A stretch of DNA of 38,706 nt, taken from assembly GCA_050302555.1 (NCBI GenBank), contig JBMUHF010000035.1, forward strand, positions 1-38,706, given 5' to 3'. A program made the position numbers and the translations under genes. Each line of letters opens with the position of its first letter. Within the stretch, counting starts at the first letter, position 1. This DNA is from Arenicellales bacterium. GTDB taxonomy: Bacteria; Pseudomonadota; Gammaproteobacteria; Arenicellales; UBA868. This document shows positions 16,804 to 27,879 of this stretch, one piece after another. The notes below the pieces were generated by a model. The model was given only the letters and a program-made list of their open reading frames with translations. It made no database searches and was not told the DNA's origin.

Positions 16804-17631
16804 TCAACTAAGCCAGCGCTTTCGTCGGCGGTAGGCTTTGACGTTGCGGAAACTTCTGCGACCCTCACCGCTCACCCCGAGGTAGAACTCCTTCACGTCT
16901 TCATTTTCAGCGAGCGCCGATGCTTCTCCGTCCATCACGACCCGGCCATTTTCCAGAATATAGCCGTAATTCGCATAACGCAAAGCCATAGTCGTATTCT
17001 GCTCGGCCAAAAGGAATGTTACGCCTTCGGCCTCGTTCAATCTTTTGACAATCTCAAAAATCTCTTCGACCAACTGCGGGGCGAGGCCCATCGACGGTTC
17101 ATCCAGCAGAATCACCGTGGGACGCGCCATCAGAGCGCGCCCGACCGCAAGCATCTGCTGCTCTCCGCCGGAGGTATAACCGGCCTGGCTGGTCCGACGC
17201 TCCTTGAGGCGGGGAAAGTATTGGTACACCAATTCGAGATCATCAGCGATCCCTTTGCGCCCGTCGCGCCGGGTATAGGCGCCGGTCAGCAGGTTCTCTT
17301 CTACGGTTAAATGTTCAAAGCAGTGTCGGCCTTCCATTACCTGTATGACTCCACGACGCACCAGTTCGTTAGGGGTCAGACTGTGCACGTCTTCACCCTT
17401 GAGGGTGATCGACCCTTTGGTCACAACGCCGCGTTCGGCGCCCAACAGGTTGGAAATGGCTTTGAGCGTGGTGGACTTGCCCGCGCCATTGGCACCAAGC
17501 AAGGCCACGACACCCCCTTCCATGACTTCGAGAGAGACCCCTTTAAGCACCAGGATCACATGATCATAGATCACCTCGATGTTGTTCACCGCCAGCAAAG
17601 CTTCACTGTTGGTTTCAGCAACGGCACTCAT
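16804..17631 (-). CDS. Liv-type ABC transporter ATP-binding protein (LivF-like)
   Basis: GANGAGKS, TSGGEQQM, LLDEPSMGLAP, LAEQN. Confidence 0.92.
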   Translation of the reverse strand: MSAVAETNSEALLAVNNIEVIYDHVILVLKGVSLEVMEGGVVALLGANGAGKSTTLKAISNLLGAERGVVTKGSITLKGEDVHSLTPNELVRRGVIQVMEGRHCFEHLTVEENLLTGAYTRRDGRKGIADDLELVYQYFPRLKERRTSQAGYTSGGEQQMLAVGRALMARPTVILLDEPSMGLAPQLVEEIFEIVKRLNEAEGVTFLLAEQNTTMALRYANYGYILENGRVVMDGEASALAENEDVKEFYLGVSGEGRRSFRNVKAYRRRKRWLS

Positions 17632-17670
17632 GAGGCCTCCCTCGTCATCATGTACGAAACCGGTCTCGAG

Positions 17671-18987
17671 CTAGCAGTCGCGAGGGGTTACGTTGTTTTC
17701 AGCCGCATACGCCGCTGAGTCTGCTTCGATAAGCGGACCAGTTACATCACGCAGCGGCTCGTAGAACTTCGAAACGATGTTCCACTGCTTGGCCTTTGCG
17801 TCCCACTGCTGCACGGCGACCTTGCCGGGACCTTCGTGGTTTTCACAGGTGATCTTTACCGGATAGGTAAAGCCGCCCAGACCCAACTCCTCAAGCCGCG
17901 CTTCATCTACTTCAAGGGCTTCAAAACCATCACGGACATGCTTACCAGTAACCTCGGTTATGCCGTGAATCTCCATCGCCTTGCGAATCGCTTCGGTGGT
18001 CCACATCGCACCAACCATACCCCGGTTGTAGAGCACCTCACCGATACGGTCGCGATCACCTTTGCCCAAGCCTTTGTCATAGACATGCTTGCGGATGTCG
18101 TCATGCACCGGAAATCCGCCACCAGGCGCATGGAATGCGCCGGAAAGGTACCCGTCTGCGGCTTCGCCCGCGGGCATGACATCATTCTCAGAGCCTGACC
18201 ACCAGACACCGATGAAGTGATCCATCGGATAGCGTATGGAAGCAGCCTCCTTGATCGCAACCTGGTTCATCACGCCCCAGCCCCACATCAGCACCCAGTC
18301 CGGCTTTTCTTTCCGGATCTGCAGCCAGGTGGCTTTCTGTTCCTGTCCAGGATGATCCACTGGCAGTCCGCGGAACTCATAACCGAACTTCTCAGCCATG
18401 GCCTCCAGGGTCCGGATCGGTTCTTTGCCGTATGCGGAGTTATGGTACACGAGGTAAATCTTCTTACCTTTCAGGCCGTCAAAACCGCCTTCCTGGTCAG
18501 CGATGTACTGAACCAGCGCTGTCGCCTGACTCCAATAAGTCGCCGGGAAGTTGAACACCCATGGAAACACCTTCCCGTTGGCCGCGGACGTTCTACCGTA
18601 GCCCATAGAAAAGATCGGAACCTCATCCACTGCGGCCTTGGGAATCAACTGATAGGTGATGCCCGTAGACAGGGGCTGGATCGCGAGCGCGCCCGAGGGA
18701 GGCGTGTTCTTGACCTTCTCGTAGCACTCAACACCTTTTTTGGTGTTGTAGCCGGTTTCACAGTCGACATGCTTGATTTTGACGCCGTTGATACCGCCAT
18801 CACGCTCGTTGAGCATATTCAGGTAATCGGTATATCCGTTGGCGACAGGAATACCGTTCGGCGCATAGGGGCCGGTACGGTAATCCAACGTTGGAAGCAC
18901 CAGTTCGTAGGCATTGGCACCTGATGCAAACATCGGCAGGGCCAAGACCGCCGCAACGGCAACTCCGGTCAGTTTTCTAAGATTCAT
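17671..18987 (-). CDS. Liv-type ABC transporter substrate-binding protein
   Basis: Signal peptide, YRTGPYAPNG, NERDGGINGV, CETGY, WGWGVM, CENHEG. GAGGAGG RBS 6 nt before ATG 18987. Confidence 0.9.
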   Translation of the reverse strand: MNLRKLTGVAVAAVLALPMFASGANAYELVLPTLDYRTGPYAPNGIPVANGYTDYLNMLNERDGGINGVKIKHVDCETGYNTKKGVECYEKVKNTPPSGALAIQPLSTGITYQLIPKAAVDEVPIFSMGYGRTSAANGKVFPWVFNFPATYWSQATALVQYIADQEGGFDGLKGKKIYLVYHNSAYGKEPIRTLEAMAEKFGYEFRGLPVDHPGQEQKATWLQIRKEKPDWVLMWGWGVMNQVAIKEAASIRYPMDHFIGVWWSGSENDVMPAGEAADGYLSGAFHAPGGGFPVHDDIRKHVYDKGLGKGDRDRIGEVLYNRGMVGAMWTTEAIRKAMEIHGITEVTGKHVRDGFEALEVDEARLEELGLGGFTYPVKITCENHEGPGKVAVQQWDAKAKQWNIVSKFYEPLRDVTGPLIEADSAAYAAENNVTPRDC

Positions 18988-19050
18988 CAATAGCCTCCTC
19001 TTAGTGTTGTGGTTAATACAGCAACAGCAGTTTGCCGCTCCTTTTGCTCC

Positions 19051-20127
19051 CTAGTGTGGGAACGGCCAGAGCCGCAGTTTCTCCTTCGCAATCTGCCACA
19101 GCCGGGCAAGCCCATGCGGCTCCACGATCAGGAAAAAGATAATCAGCATACCCATTAGCAGAATTTCAACATGTCCGGCCATGCCTGAGTCAAAGCCCAT
19201 ACCGCCTACCATAATGTTTTTCAGCAGAATGGGCACCAAGACAATAAAGGCCGCCCCCAGAAAAGCGCCCAGAACACTGCCCAAACCCCCGATAATGATG
19301 ATAAAGAGAACGTAAAACGACTGGTTAATATCGAACGCCTCCACGGGCTCCACAGCTCCAAGGTACACCGCGAAATACAGCGCGCCGGCGATACCAATAT
19401 AAAAGGAACTCACCGCAAATGCGGAAAGTTTGGCCCGCAGGGGTCGTATCCCGATCAGTTCAGCTGCGATATCCATATCGCGAATCGCCATCCATTCGCG
19501 GCCAATTCTGCCGCGCACAATGTTCTTGGCACTCAACGCCAGCACACAAACCACCGTGAGGGTAAACAGGTACTTCGCGGCCGGCGTCGCCTCAGGACCG
19601 GTGATCCGGATACCGAAAAAGTCGATGGGCCTTACTGTAATCATGCCGGTTAGGTTGTAGTCATAAAACCAGCCGACCTTATTGAACATCCAGACCAGGA
19701 AAAACTGTGCCGCGAGCGTTGCAACAGCGAGATAGAAGCCTTTAATGCGCAGGCTCGGCAGTCCGAAGATCATACCGACGGCCGCCGTGATTACACCTGA
19801 GAACGCCAGCACGATCAGGAAATTCAACTCCGGGAAAAAGCCGACCAGTTTAAAAGACGCATAAGCGCCGACGGCCATGAAGGCCCCTGTTCCCAGTGAT
19901 ACCTGACCGCAGTAGCCCGTGAGGATATTCAAACCCAGGCCTGCGAGCGCATAGACCAGAAACGGCAACAACACTGCATTGGCCCAATACTGGTTAAGAA
20001 AAAACGGTATCACCAAAAAGGCTGCGGCGAGCACACCGATCACAAACCAGCGATCCTGGGCAATGGGAAATATGGCCTGGTCCGCGGGATAACTGGACTT
20101 AAGTTGACCGCTTTCTCGATAGAACAT
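19051..20127 (-). CDS. Liv-type ABC transporter permease (LivM-like)
   Basis: GLNILTGYCGQVSLG, SLRIKGFYLAVATLA, GREWMAIRD, IIIGGLGS. Confidence 0.92.
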   Translation of the reverse strand: MFYRESGQLKSSYPADQAIFPIAQDRWFVIGVLAAAFLVIPFFLNQYWANAVLLPFLVYALAGLGLNILTGYCGQVSLGTGAFMAVGAYASFKLVGFFPELNFLIVLAFSGVITAAVGMIFGLPSLRIKGFYLAVATLAAQFFLVWMFNKVGWFYDYNLTGMITVRPIDFFGIRITGPEATPAAKYLFTLTVVCVLALSAKNIVRGRIGREWMAIRDMDIAAELIGIRPLRAKLSAFAVSSFYIGIAGALYFAVYLGAVEPVEAFDINQSFYVLFIIIIGGLGSVLGAFLGAAFIVLVPILLKNIMVGGMGFDSGMAGHVEILLMGMLIIFFLIVEPHGLARLWQIAKEKLRLWPFPH

Positions 20128-20129
20128 CG

Positions 20130-21062
20130 TCAGACCCTCTCGATGATACGTTCGCCGAATAGGCCTTGGGGTCTGAACAACAGAAAGCCCAGCGCCAGCA
20201 TGTACGCAAACCAGTTCTCGATAGCGCCACCCACCATTGGGCCAATATAGACCTCGGCCAATTTTTCGCCCACGCCGATAATAAGTCCACCGACGATTGC
20301 GCCAGGAACCGATGTGAATCCGCCCAAAATCAGCACGGGTAACGCTTTCAGCGCGATCAGGGAAAGTGAGAACTGCACTCCGGACTTACTGCCCCACATA
20401 ATGCCGGCCACCAGCGCCACGATTCCCGAGACCGACCAGACGATCACCCAGATTTTGTCCAGCGATATGCCAACGCTGAGAGCCGCCTGATGATCATCCG
20501 CCACAGCGCGAAGGGCTCGGCCGATACGGGTGCGCTGAAAAAAGATCGCTAACACCACCACCAGAACGGCTGCGGTTCCTGCAGCAAAAATTTCAAGCTT
20601 CTCTAAATAGAGGTTGAAACTATCCAGCAGCCAATCCGAAGCGCCCTGGGGAATACCAATATCAAGCGGCTTGACGTCGGAACCAAACAGAATATCGCCA
20701 AGCCCCTCCAGCACAAATGCGAGGCCGATGGTCGCCATGAAAAGGATGATTTCGTTCTGCTTGACCAAAAAGCGCAATACGGTGCGTTCGATCACCCACG
20801 CCAACACAATCATGACCACGATCGTGGCCGGGATCGCCAGCCACACCGGCAAAGTAAAACCGAAAACAGCAAAAAACCAGCCATCCTCTGCTAGAAAATC
20901 GTAAAGCGCCAGTGCCGCAAAAAGGGCCATAACCCCCTGCGCAAAATTAAAAATTCCGGAGGCCTTAAAGATCAGTACAAAACCCAGTGCGACGAGGGCG
21001 TACATGACGCCGGTCATTAGACCGCTGAGGATCACTTCCAGAAGAAAAATATCAAATGCCAT
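20130..21062 (-). CDS. Liv-type ABC transporter permease (LivH-like)
   Basis: YALVALGFVLIFKASGIFNFAQG, GRALRAVADD, RPQGLFG. GAGGAG RBS before ATG 21062. Confidence 0.92.
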   Translation of the reverse strand: MAFDIFLLEVILSGLMTGVMYALVALGFVLIFKASGIFNFAQGVMALFAALALYDFLAEDGWFFAVFGFTLPVWLAIPATIVVMIVLAWVIERTVLRFLVKQNEIILFMATIGLAFVLEGLGDILFGSDVKPLDIGIPQGASDWLLDSFNLYLEKLEIFAAGTAAVLVVVLAIFFQRTRIGRALRAVADDHQAALSVGISLDKIWVIVWSVSGIVALVAGIMWGSKSGVQFSLSLIALKALPVLILGGFTSVPGAIVGGLIIGVGEKLAEVYIGPMVGGAIENWFAYMLALGFLLFRPQGLFGERIIERV

Positions 21063-21109
21063 CGACGAACTCCTCATCTACCAGCGCACGGGGGCAAATC
21101 GCGGTGGAC

Positions 21110-21898
<789 letters not shown>

Positions 21899-21985
21899 AA
21901 TGACGGGCTACCTAAAAATGGTCGGGGATCTATGTTCCGGCAGGTCCATCAGACCACGAAGGCTAAAAGCGGGGTGTATCAATGT

Positions 21986-23944
21986 TCAGGCCGCTGCGCG
22001 CGTGCGCTCCGATGATACAGCGGCATCGCGAATCTCAAGATTCGCTTCAATCCGTCCCTGACGGCCATCCTCAAACATGACCTCAGTGCTGACAAAACAG
22101 TTTTCGCGTCCATTAAAAAGCGCATCAATGAGATCCCCATAGCGTTCGTTGATGATTCGCCGACGGACCTTTCGGGTCCGGGTGAGCTCTCCGTCATCAG
22201 GATCCAATTCCTTGTGCAGGATCAGAAAACGCCGAATCTGCGACGAGGAAAGATGGGAATCCTGGGCGAGACTCTGGTTCACCTGCTCGATACAGTCTTG
22301 TATCAGGGTATAGACCTTGGAATGTGCCGCAAGTTCCTGATAACTGGCGTAGGCCACATTATTGCGCTCGGCCCAGTTGCCCACGGCATCAAGATCGATA
22401 TTAATAAAAGCAGTTACAAAATCCCTCTGATCACCAAAAGTGACGACTTCCTTAATTTCGGGGAAGAACTTCAGCTTGTTCTCCAGAAACTTTGGCGCAA
22501 ACATGCTGTCGTCGGTCAGTTTGCCGACATCCTTGGCGCGGTCGATGATGCGGAGGTGACCTTCATCATCGAAGTACCCGGCATCGCCGGTATGCACCCA
22601 GTTATCCGGGGTCTTGGTTTCAGCGGTTGCCTCAGGATTCTTGAAGTACTCCTTAAACACCCCCGGGCTGCGGTAAACGACTTCGCCGTTGTCTTCGATC
22701 CGCACCTCAACGCCCGGCGGGGGTGTACCCACACTTTCAGAACGCACTAGCCCGTCAGGCTGCATGGTAATAAAGACAGTGGCCTCAGTCTGGCCGTAGA
22801 GCTGTTTGAGATTGATACCCAAAGAGCGATAGAACTCAAAAATCTCGGGGCCGATAGCCTCACCTGCCGTGTAAGCCACCCGAACCCGGCTTAATCCCAA
22901 GGTATTCTTGAGGGGTCCGTAGATCATCAACTCACCAAGACCATAATGAAAGCGATCCCAGGTCGAAACCGGCTGCCCGTCCATCAGAGCAGCGCCCGTC
23001 TTTTTAGCTACTTTCATGAAATGATCGAAGAGACTGCGCTTCAGTCGCCCAGCATCCTTCATACGGATAATGACACTGGTCAGCACGCTCTCAAAAACCC
23101 TTGGCGGCGCAAAATAAAATGTCGGCCCAATCTCGCGCAGATCCTGTGCGACTGTATCAGCACTTTCCGGGCAGCTGACGCAAAAACCTGCGACGAGTCC
23201 CATGGCAAACGAGAACGCATTGTCTCCAACCCATGCCATCGGCAGGTAGGCGAGCACCTCTTCGTCGGCAGTGATCTGGTCGAACGCGTTGGCATTGAGC
23301 GCGGTCACCAGAAGATTCTCATGCGACAGCACAACACCTTTCGGCCGCCCAGTCGTGCCCGAGGTGTAGAGGATGATCGCAGTATCAGACCCGGTGCCTT
23401 TCTGGATTTCTGAAACAACGGTCTCGGGGTTCGCTCCCAGAATCTCGCGTCCGCTCGCCATTACAGTCTGGATATCCATGACGATCTGCGGATCGTACTT
23501 GCGCAACCCCTTGGGATCACAATAGAAAATACGCTCCACCCTCGGACATTGCTCACGGATCTCGAGAGCCTTGTCTACCTGTTCCTGGTTCTCAGCAACG
23601 ATAAAGCGCGCCTCGGCATGATCCACAACATATTGGATCTCCTGCGCAACCGAATCCTGGTAAGCCGGAACCGGGACACCGCCAAGGGACTGTGCGGCGA
23701 GCATGGCGCCATAAAGGCGCGGCCGGTTATCGCCAATAATGACAAGAGTATCGTTTCGGGTAAAACCAAGATGAGACAACCCTGCGGCGAAAGCAAACGC
23801 TTCCTCACCGATCTGGCCCAGCGTCCAGGTCTGCCAGATACCGTAGGCTTTCTCACGCATCGCGGGCCGTTCGGCATCGTGCTTGAGCCGCTGCAACAGC
23901 AGCTGCGGAAAAGTTTGCCCCTGCGAATCAGAAGAATCCGCCAT
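21986..23944 (-). CDS. Long-chain-fatty-acid-CoA ligase family (AMP-binding)
   Basis: YTSGTTGRPKG P-loop, YLPMAW, YGQTE, HTGDAG, IIDRAKD, ELTRTRKVRR. AGGAG RBS before ATG 23944. Confidence 0.9.
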   Translation of the reverse strand: MADSSDSQGQTFPQLLLQRLKHDAERPAMREKAYGIWQTWTLGQIGEEAFAFAAGLSHLGFTRNDTLVIIGDNRPRLYGAMLAAQSLGGVPVPAYQDSVAQEIQYVVDHAEARFIVAENQEQVDKALEIREQCPRVERIFYCDPKGLRKYDPQIVMDIQTVMASGREILGANPETVVSEIQKGTGSDTAIILYTSGTTGRPKGVVLSHENLLVTALNANAFDQITADEEVLAYLPMAWVGDNAFSFAMGLVAGFCVSCPESADTVAQDLREIGPTFYFAPPRVFESVLTSVIIRMKDAGRLKRSLFDHFMKVAKKTGAALMDGQPVSTWDRFHYGLGELMIYGPLKNTLGLSRVRVAYTAGEAIGPEIFEFYRSLGINLKQLYGQTEATVFITMQPDGLVRSESVGTPPPGVEVRIEDNGEVVYRSPGVFKEYFKNPEATAETKTPDNWVHTGDAGYFDDEGHLRIIDRAKDVGKLTDDSMFAPKFLENKLKFFPEIKEVVTFGDQRDFVTAFINIDLDAVGNWAERNNVAYASYQELAAHSKVYTLIQDCIEQVNQSLAQDSHLSSSQIRRFLILHKELDPDDGELTRTRKVRRRIINERYGDLIDALFNGRENCFVSTEVMFEDGRQGRIEANLEIRDAAVSSERTRAAA

Positions 23945-24193
23945 GCTCTCTCCTAGGGTTAATCTGGGGTCCACCTATGAAGTTTCCCGATCTCACGGTC
24001 CGGGCTTAAGGGCGGCACCTATGCCTAAGAGTTTACTGTCATGAAACACTAAACGCGAGTACGGATCTAGGCCCCCGGAGGCTGTGGGCATTCTCCTCAA
24101 GTACTTCGACTTTTTCCGGTTCGGCTGGTGGAACGACTCTTTGCGAAACATCGCCCCCTGCTTCGTCGGTCGTCTCTAGCTCAATCTCCACAG

Positions 24194-24239
24194 AAGCAAG
24201 AAAGATCTTGCTTAGCAATGACCGAAGTCAGGAAATTGC
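24194..24239 (-). terminator. Tandem hairpins after ssb (cUUCGg tetraloop stem, then AAGCAAGA/TCTTGCTT stem)
   Basis: Minus strand UGAC-UUCG-GUCA (24219-24230) and an 8-bp inverted repeat at 24194-24213. No strong U tract. Confidence 0.4.
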
Positions 24240-24242
24240 CGA

Positions 24243-24674
24243 TTAGAACGGAATATCGTCGTCGAAATCGCCACTTGGGGCGGAATCACGCTGCGGCGGA
24301 CTTGCCGAAGGAGCGTCTTGCGAATCACCTCCGCCGCCCCCGCGTCCGCCTAGAAACGTCATTTCTCTCGCAACAATCTCCGTGGACCAACGATCATTTC
24401 CATCCTTATCCTGATATTTTGAGGTTTGAATTCTTCCCTCAATATAGACTTGGGATCCCTTTTTTAAATACTCACCGGCGAGTTCGGCCAGACGGCTAAA
24501 TAACTTAACTCGGTGCCATTCCGTTCGTTCCTGTTGCTCCCCGGTATTTTTATCTTTCCACCGGTCCGAGGTTGCCACCGAAATACTCGCAATGGCATTG
24601 CCATTCGCCGAATAACGAATCTCTGGATCGTTACCCAAGTTCCCTACAATGATTGCTTTATTTACTCCAGCCAT
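24243..24674 (-). CDS. ssb: Single-stranded DNA-binding protein
   Basis: [34 protein letters not shown] and C-terminal DFDDDIPF. Confidence 0.98.
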   Translation of the reverse strand: MAGVNKAIIVGNLGNDPEIRYSANGNAIASISVATSDRWKDKNTGEQQERTEWHRVKLFSRLAELAGEYLKKGSQVYIEGRIQTSKYQDKDGNDRWSTEIVAREMTFLGGRGGGGGDSQDAPSASPPQRDSAPSGDFDDDIPF

Positions 24675-24890
24675 CAGTCAATATCCCTTTTCCGTTTACG
24701 ATTTAATCACTAGTCTCTTATCAAAGCAGTATACCGCTGACCAAGCGAATGTCATCCACTCCTTTCAGATTTTGATGCTCTTTTTTGGCCAGTCTACGGT
24801 CGAAAATCCCTGTAAATGAGTATACCCTTGTTCGTTGGCAGTACAGCACTTGATAGGTGAACCTGGCGACTGCTGGTGTGCCGGACTCTA

Positions 24891-24919
24891 TTGACGGGCA
24901 TTTTCCCGTTGGCTATAAG
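24891..24919 (+). promoter_or_regulatory. Putative sigma70 promoter TTGACG-17-TATAAG for the Pot-type operon
   Basis: Both hexamers match consensus 5/6 with an ideal 17-nt spacer, 60 nt before ATG 24980. Confidence 0.65.
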
Positions 24920-24979
24920 GGGTAAAAGGAATAATAGTTGACTCACCCGTGTCTTCGCCCACCGGGTTCGGAGGAGAGA

Positions 24980-26074
24980 ATGAGCATCACGGTTGCTGTT
25001 GACGTCCGCAGTGTTTCAAAAATTTTCGGTGCCGGCACCGGGCAGGAAGTTACCGCGCTCGATGATGTCTCGGTATCGATCGCGCAGAACGAGTTCTTCA
25101 CTTTACTTGGCCCTTCAGGCTGCGGCAAAACTACCCTGCTTCGATTAATTGCCGGTTTTGAGCACGCCACCCATGGGTCGATCTTGCTCGAGGGGGCGGA
25201 GATCAGCGCACTGCCTCCATTCCAACGGCCAGTCAATACCGTCTTTCAGAACTATGCGCTCTTTCCCCACATGAGCGTTTCCCAGAACATCGGCTTTGGT
25301 CTTGAAATGCAAGGCCGGACCAAAGGCGAAGTAGCGGATACCGTCGGCGCAATGCTGAGTCTTGTGAAAATGGAGAACCTCAAGGACCGGCAGATTGATC
25401 AGATCTCTGGAGGGCAGCAGCAGCGGGTTGCACTGGCCCGGGCACTTGCGCCACGGCCAAAGGTATTACTTCTTGATGAGCCCCTTTCTGCGCTCGACTT
25501 GAAACTTCGAAAAGAGATGCAGGTTGAACTCAAACGCCTGCAACATGAAACGGGCATAACCTTCATCTTTGTTACTCATGACCAAGAAGAGGCGCTCACC
25601 ATGTCCGACCGGGTTGCCGTCATGAACGAGGGCAGGATCCTGCAGGTCGGCGCGCCACATGAGATCTATAACCGACCCAACGATCGATTCGTTGCAGACT
25701 TTATCGGAGATACCAATTTCATCTCGGCTGAAATTATCGAACGTGACGAAAACGAGATCCGTATGCGACTCCCCAGTGGTATAGAGATAATGATCCCTGC
25801 GCCACCAGACCTGCCTCAGAGTGGTGAGATTACCCTCGCCATACGTCCCGAACAGGCGCGCATCGCCAGTGACGGCGATGCCGTATCAATTCAGGGCTCC
25901 CTGACCGATGAGATCTATATAGGCACCGATACTCAGTACTACATCGACATCGGGACGACCTCCCCCTTCGTCGTCCGGGTACAGAACGCCAATGGCGAAA
26001 CACAGCGTATTCCAACAGGCACTAGTGTGGGCATATCTGTTGACGCGAAGACGATACAGATTCTTCGTGACTGA
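24980..26074 (+). CDS. potA: Polyamine-type ABC transporter ATP-binding protein (PotA-like)
   Basis: [52 protein letters not shown]-like C-terminus. GGAGGAG RBS before ATG 24980. Confidence 0.92.
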   Translation: MSITVAVDVRSVSKIFGAGTGQEVTALDDVSVSIAQNEFFTLLGPSGCGKTTLLRLIAGFEHATHGSILLEGAEISALPPFQRPVNTVFQNYALFPHMSVSQNIGFGLEMQGRTKGEVADTVGAMLSLVKMENLKDRQIDQISGGQQQRVALARALAPRPKVLLLDEPLSALDLKLRKEMQVELKRLQHETGITFIFVTHDQEEALTMSDRVAVMNEGRILQVGAPHEIYNRPNDRFVADFIGDTNFISAEIIERDENEIRMRLPSGIEIMIPAPPDLPQSGEITLAIRPEQARIASDGDAVSIQGSLTDEIYIGTDTQYYIDIGTTSPFVVRVQNANGETQRIPTGTSVGISVDAKTIQILRD

Positions 26075-26077
26075 GCC

Positions 26078-27025
26078 ATGAGCACCGAGCACATCAGCAA
26101 TAACGAGTCTTTTGAGAGCCTCGAAGTACAGGCGTACCAGCGGGAGGTTCGTCGCAATTTGCTGCTCTCCACACCGGCACTGATCGTTCTTTTCTGTGCT
26201 GCGTCTGGGCCTTTACTTATCATGCTGGTCTTTTCCTTTCTGACGCCGGGAGACTATGGAGGGATCAAATGGCAGTTCTCCACCGAGGCATGGTTTCAGG
26301 TTGCCTTTTACCGGGACATCTTTGATGAGACTGTATCTATCGCAAACGCTCACGTCTCGATCTTCTGGCGCTCGATCAAACTGTCGTTCCTGACAACTCT
26401 GGTGGCTTTTGTACTGGGCTTTCCCACCGCCTACTTTATTGCGACCCGACCACCGGAAACACGCAGTCTCTGGCTTTTTCTTGTGACCATTCCGTTCTGG
26501 ACGAATCTGTTGATCCGAACCTTCGCAATTCTGGAAATCATTCGTAACCAAGGTCTCGTGAATACCGTGCTCATCACGCTTGGAGTGATCGATCAGCCAC
26601 TCGATATGCTTTACACCGACATCGCGATCCTGCTTGGCATGACATATGTATATATCCCACTCATGATTCTGCCAATTTATGCATCGATGGAGCGCCTTGA
26701 TTTCCGCCTGGTCGAAGCCGCCTATGATCTGTACGCAACACGCTGGCGGGTTCTGGCTCGTGTCATCCTGCCCCTTGTCAAACCAGGGGTTGTTGCAGGA
26801 TCTATCCTCGTCTTTATCCCCTCACTGGGTGCTTATGTAACACCACGCATCCTCGGCGGAGGGAAGCACCTGATGATCGGCAACCTGATCGAACTGCAGT
26901 TTGGTCAGGGTCGCAACTGGCCACTGGGGGCAGCGCTTTCGTTGACTCTGCTGGTCATCGTGATGGGGGCGCTTATGGTTTATGTCCGATCCGCGCAAAA
27001 AGAAGGCTCAGGTCATGGTCACTAA
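26078..27025 (+). CDS. potB: Polyamine-type ABC transporter permease (PotB-like)
   Basis: IPFWTNLLIRTFA, YIPLMILPIYA, EAAYDL, RNWPLGAALS. Confidence 0.92.
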   Translation: MSTEHISNNESFESLEVQAYQREVRRNLLLSTPALIVLFCAASGPLLIMLVFSFLTPGDYGGIKWQFSTEAWFQVAFYRDIFDETVSIANAHVSIFWRSIKLSFLTTLVAFVLGFPTAYFIATRPPETRSLWLFLVTIPFWTNLLIRTFAILEIIRNQGLVNTVLITLGVIDQPLDMLYTDIAILLGMTYVYIPLMILPIYASMERLDFRLVEAAYDLYATRWRVLARVILPLVKPGVVAGSILVFIPSLGAYVTPRILGGGKHLMIGNLIELQFGQGRNWPLGAALSLTLLVIVMGALMVYVRSAQKEGSGHGH

Positions 27026-27824
27026 CTCGCGTCCGTTTTCCATCAAACGTATGCCGGGCTTCAGCCTGCTGGCCCTCGCCTGCTTTTTTGCGCTCTATAT
27101 GCCCCTTGCTCCGCTGGTCTTCTACTCATTCAATGCGGGCAATAACATTGCGCTCTGGGAGGGCTTGTCGCTGCGTTGGTACGTCGCTGCATGGGAAAAC
27201 GATCTCGTCCAAAGTGCTGCGATCCGTTCGGTTGTTGTAGCCGTAATTGCCTCAGTAGTTGCGACTTCGCTGGCAACGATGGCCGCGCTCGGCACAACGC
27301 GTACACGACCCTACCGGGGTCAGACGTCGATTTATGCAATGGTCAATCAGCCACTGATGGTGCCCGAGATTGTGACCGCAGTCGCACTGTTGATCCTTTT
27401 TGCGCTTATCAAGGAGTCGACCGGATACCATGGCTACGCCTACCTCGTCAGCGCACACACCGCATTCTGTATCCCGTTCGCTTATCTTCCTATTCGCGCT
27501 CGTCTTGAGGGTATGGACCGTGTTCTGGAAGCAGCCGCAGCGGACCTTTACGCAACTCCGTGGCGTACCTTCACTAAGGTCACCCTGCCTTTGCTGCTGC
27601 CGGGCATTCTTGCAGGGGCGATGCTCGCTTTTGTGATCTCATTGGACGACGTGGTGATTACCGAATTCGTCAAGTCGGCAGGTCAGGACACCCTGCCAAC
27701 ATACATGCTTGGCCAATTACGGCGTACAATCACTCCCGAGATCAATGCTATTTCTACGGTACTGCTCGGTGTCTCTGTCGTAATGGTCGCTATCATATTT
27801 TTCTTAAGTCGAAAAAAAACCTGA
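27015..27824 (+). CDS. potC: Polyamine-type ABC transporter permease (PotC-like)
   Basis: YSFN, SLRWY, PEIVTAV, AAADLYA, SLDDVVIT, TPEINAIST. ATG 27015 overlaps the end of potB. Confidence 0.92.
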   Translation: MVTNSRPFSIKRMPGFSLLALACFFALYMPLAPLVFYSFNAGNNIALWEGLSLRWYVAAWENDLVQSAAIRSVVVAVIASVVATSLATMAALGTTRTRPYRGQTSIYAMVNQPLMVPEIVTAVALLILFALIKESTGYHGYAYLVSAHTAFCIPFAYLPIRARLEGMDRVLEAAAADLYATPWRTFTKVTLPLLLPGILAGAMLAFVISLDDVVITEFVKSAGQDTLPTYMLGQLRRTITPEINAISTVLLGVSVVMVAIIFFLSRKKT

Positions 27825-27879
27825 GCGAGTCGCCATCTCATCAAGATCTCATCACCAATAAAACTATAGGAGGAAATCC

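Noticed and set aside
24031-24056. Imperfect palindrome GTTTACTGTCATGAAACACTAAAC upstream of the ligase operon
   Set aside because: Too degenerate to assign to a regulator without comparative data.
24128-24499. 123-aa Arg-rich + strand ORF
   Set aside because: Mostly antisense to ssb; no recognisable domain.
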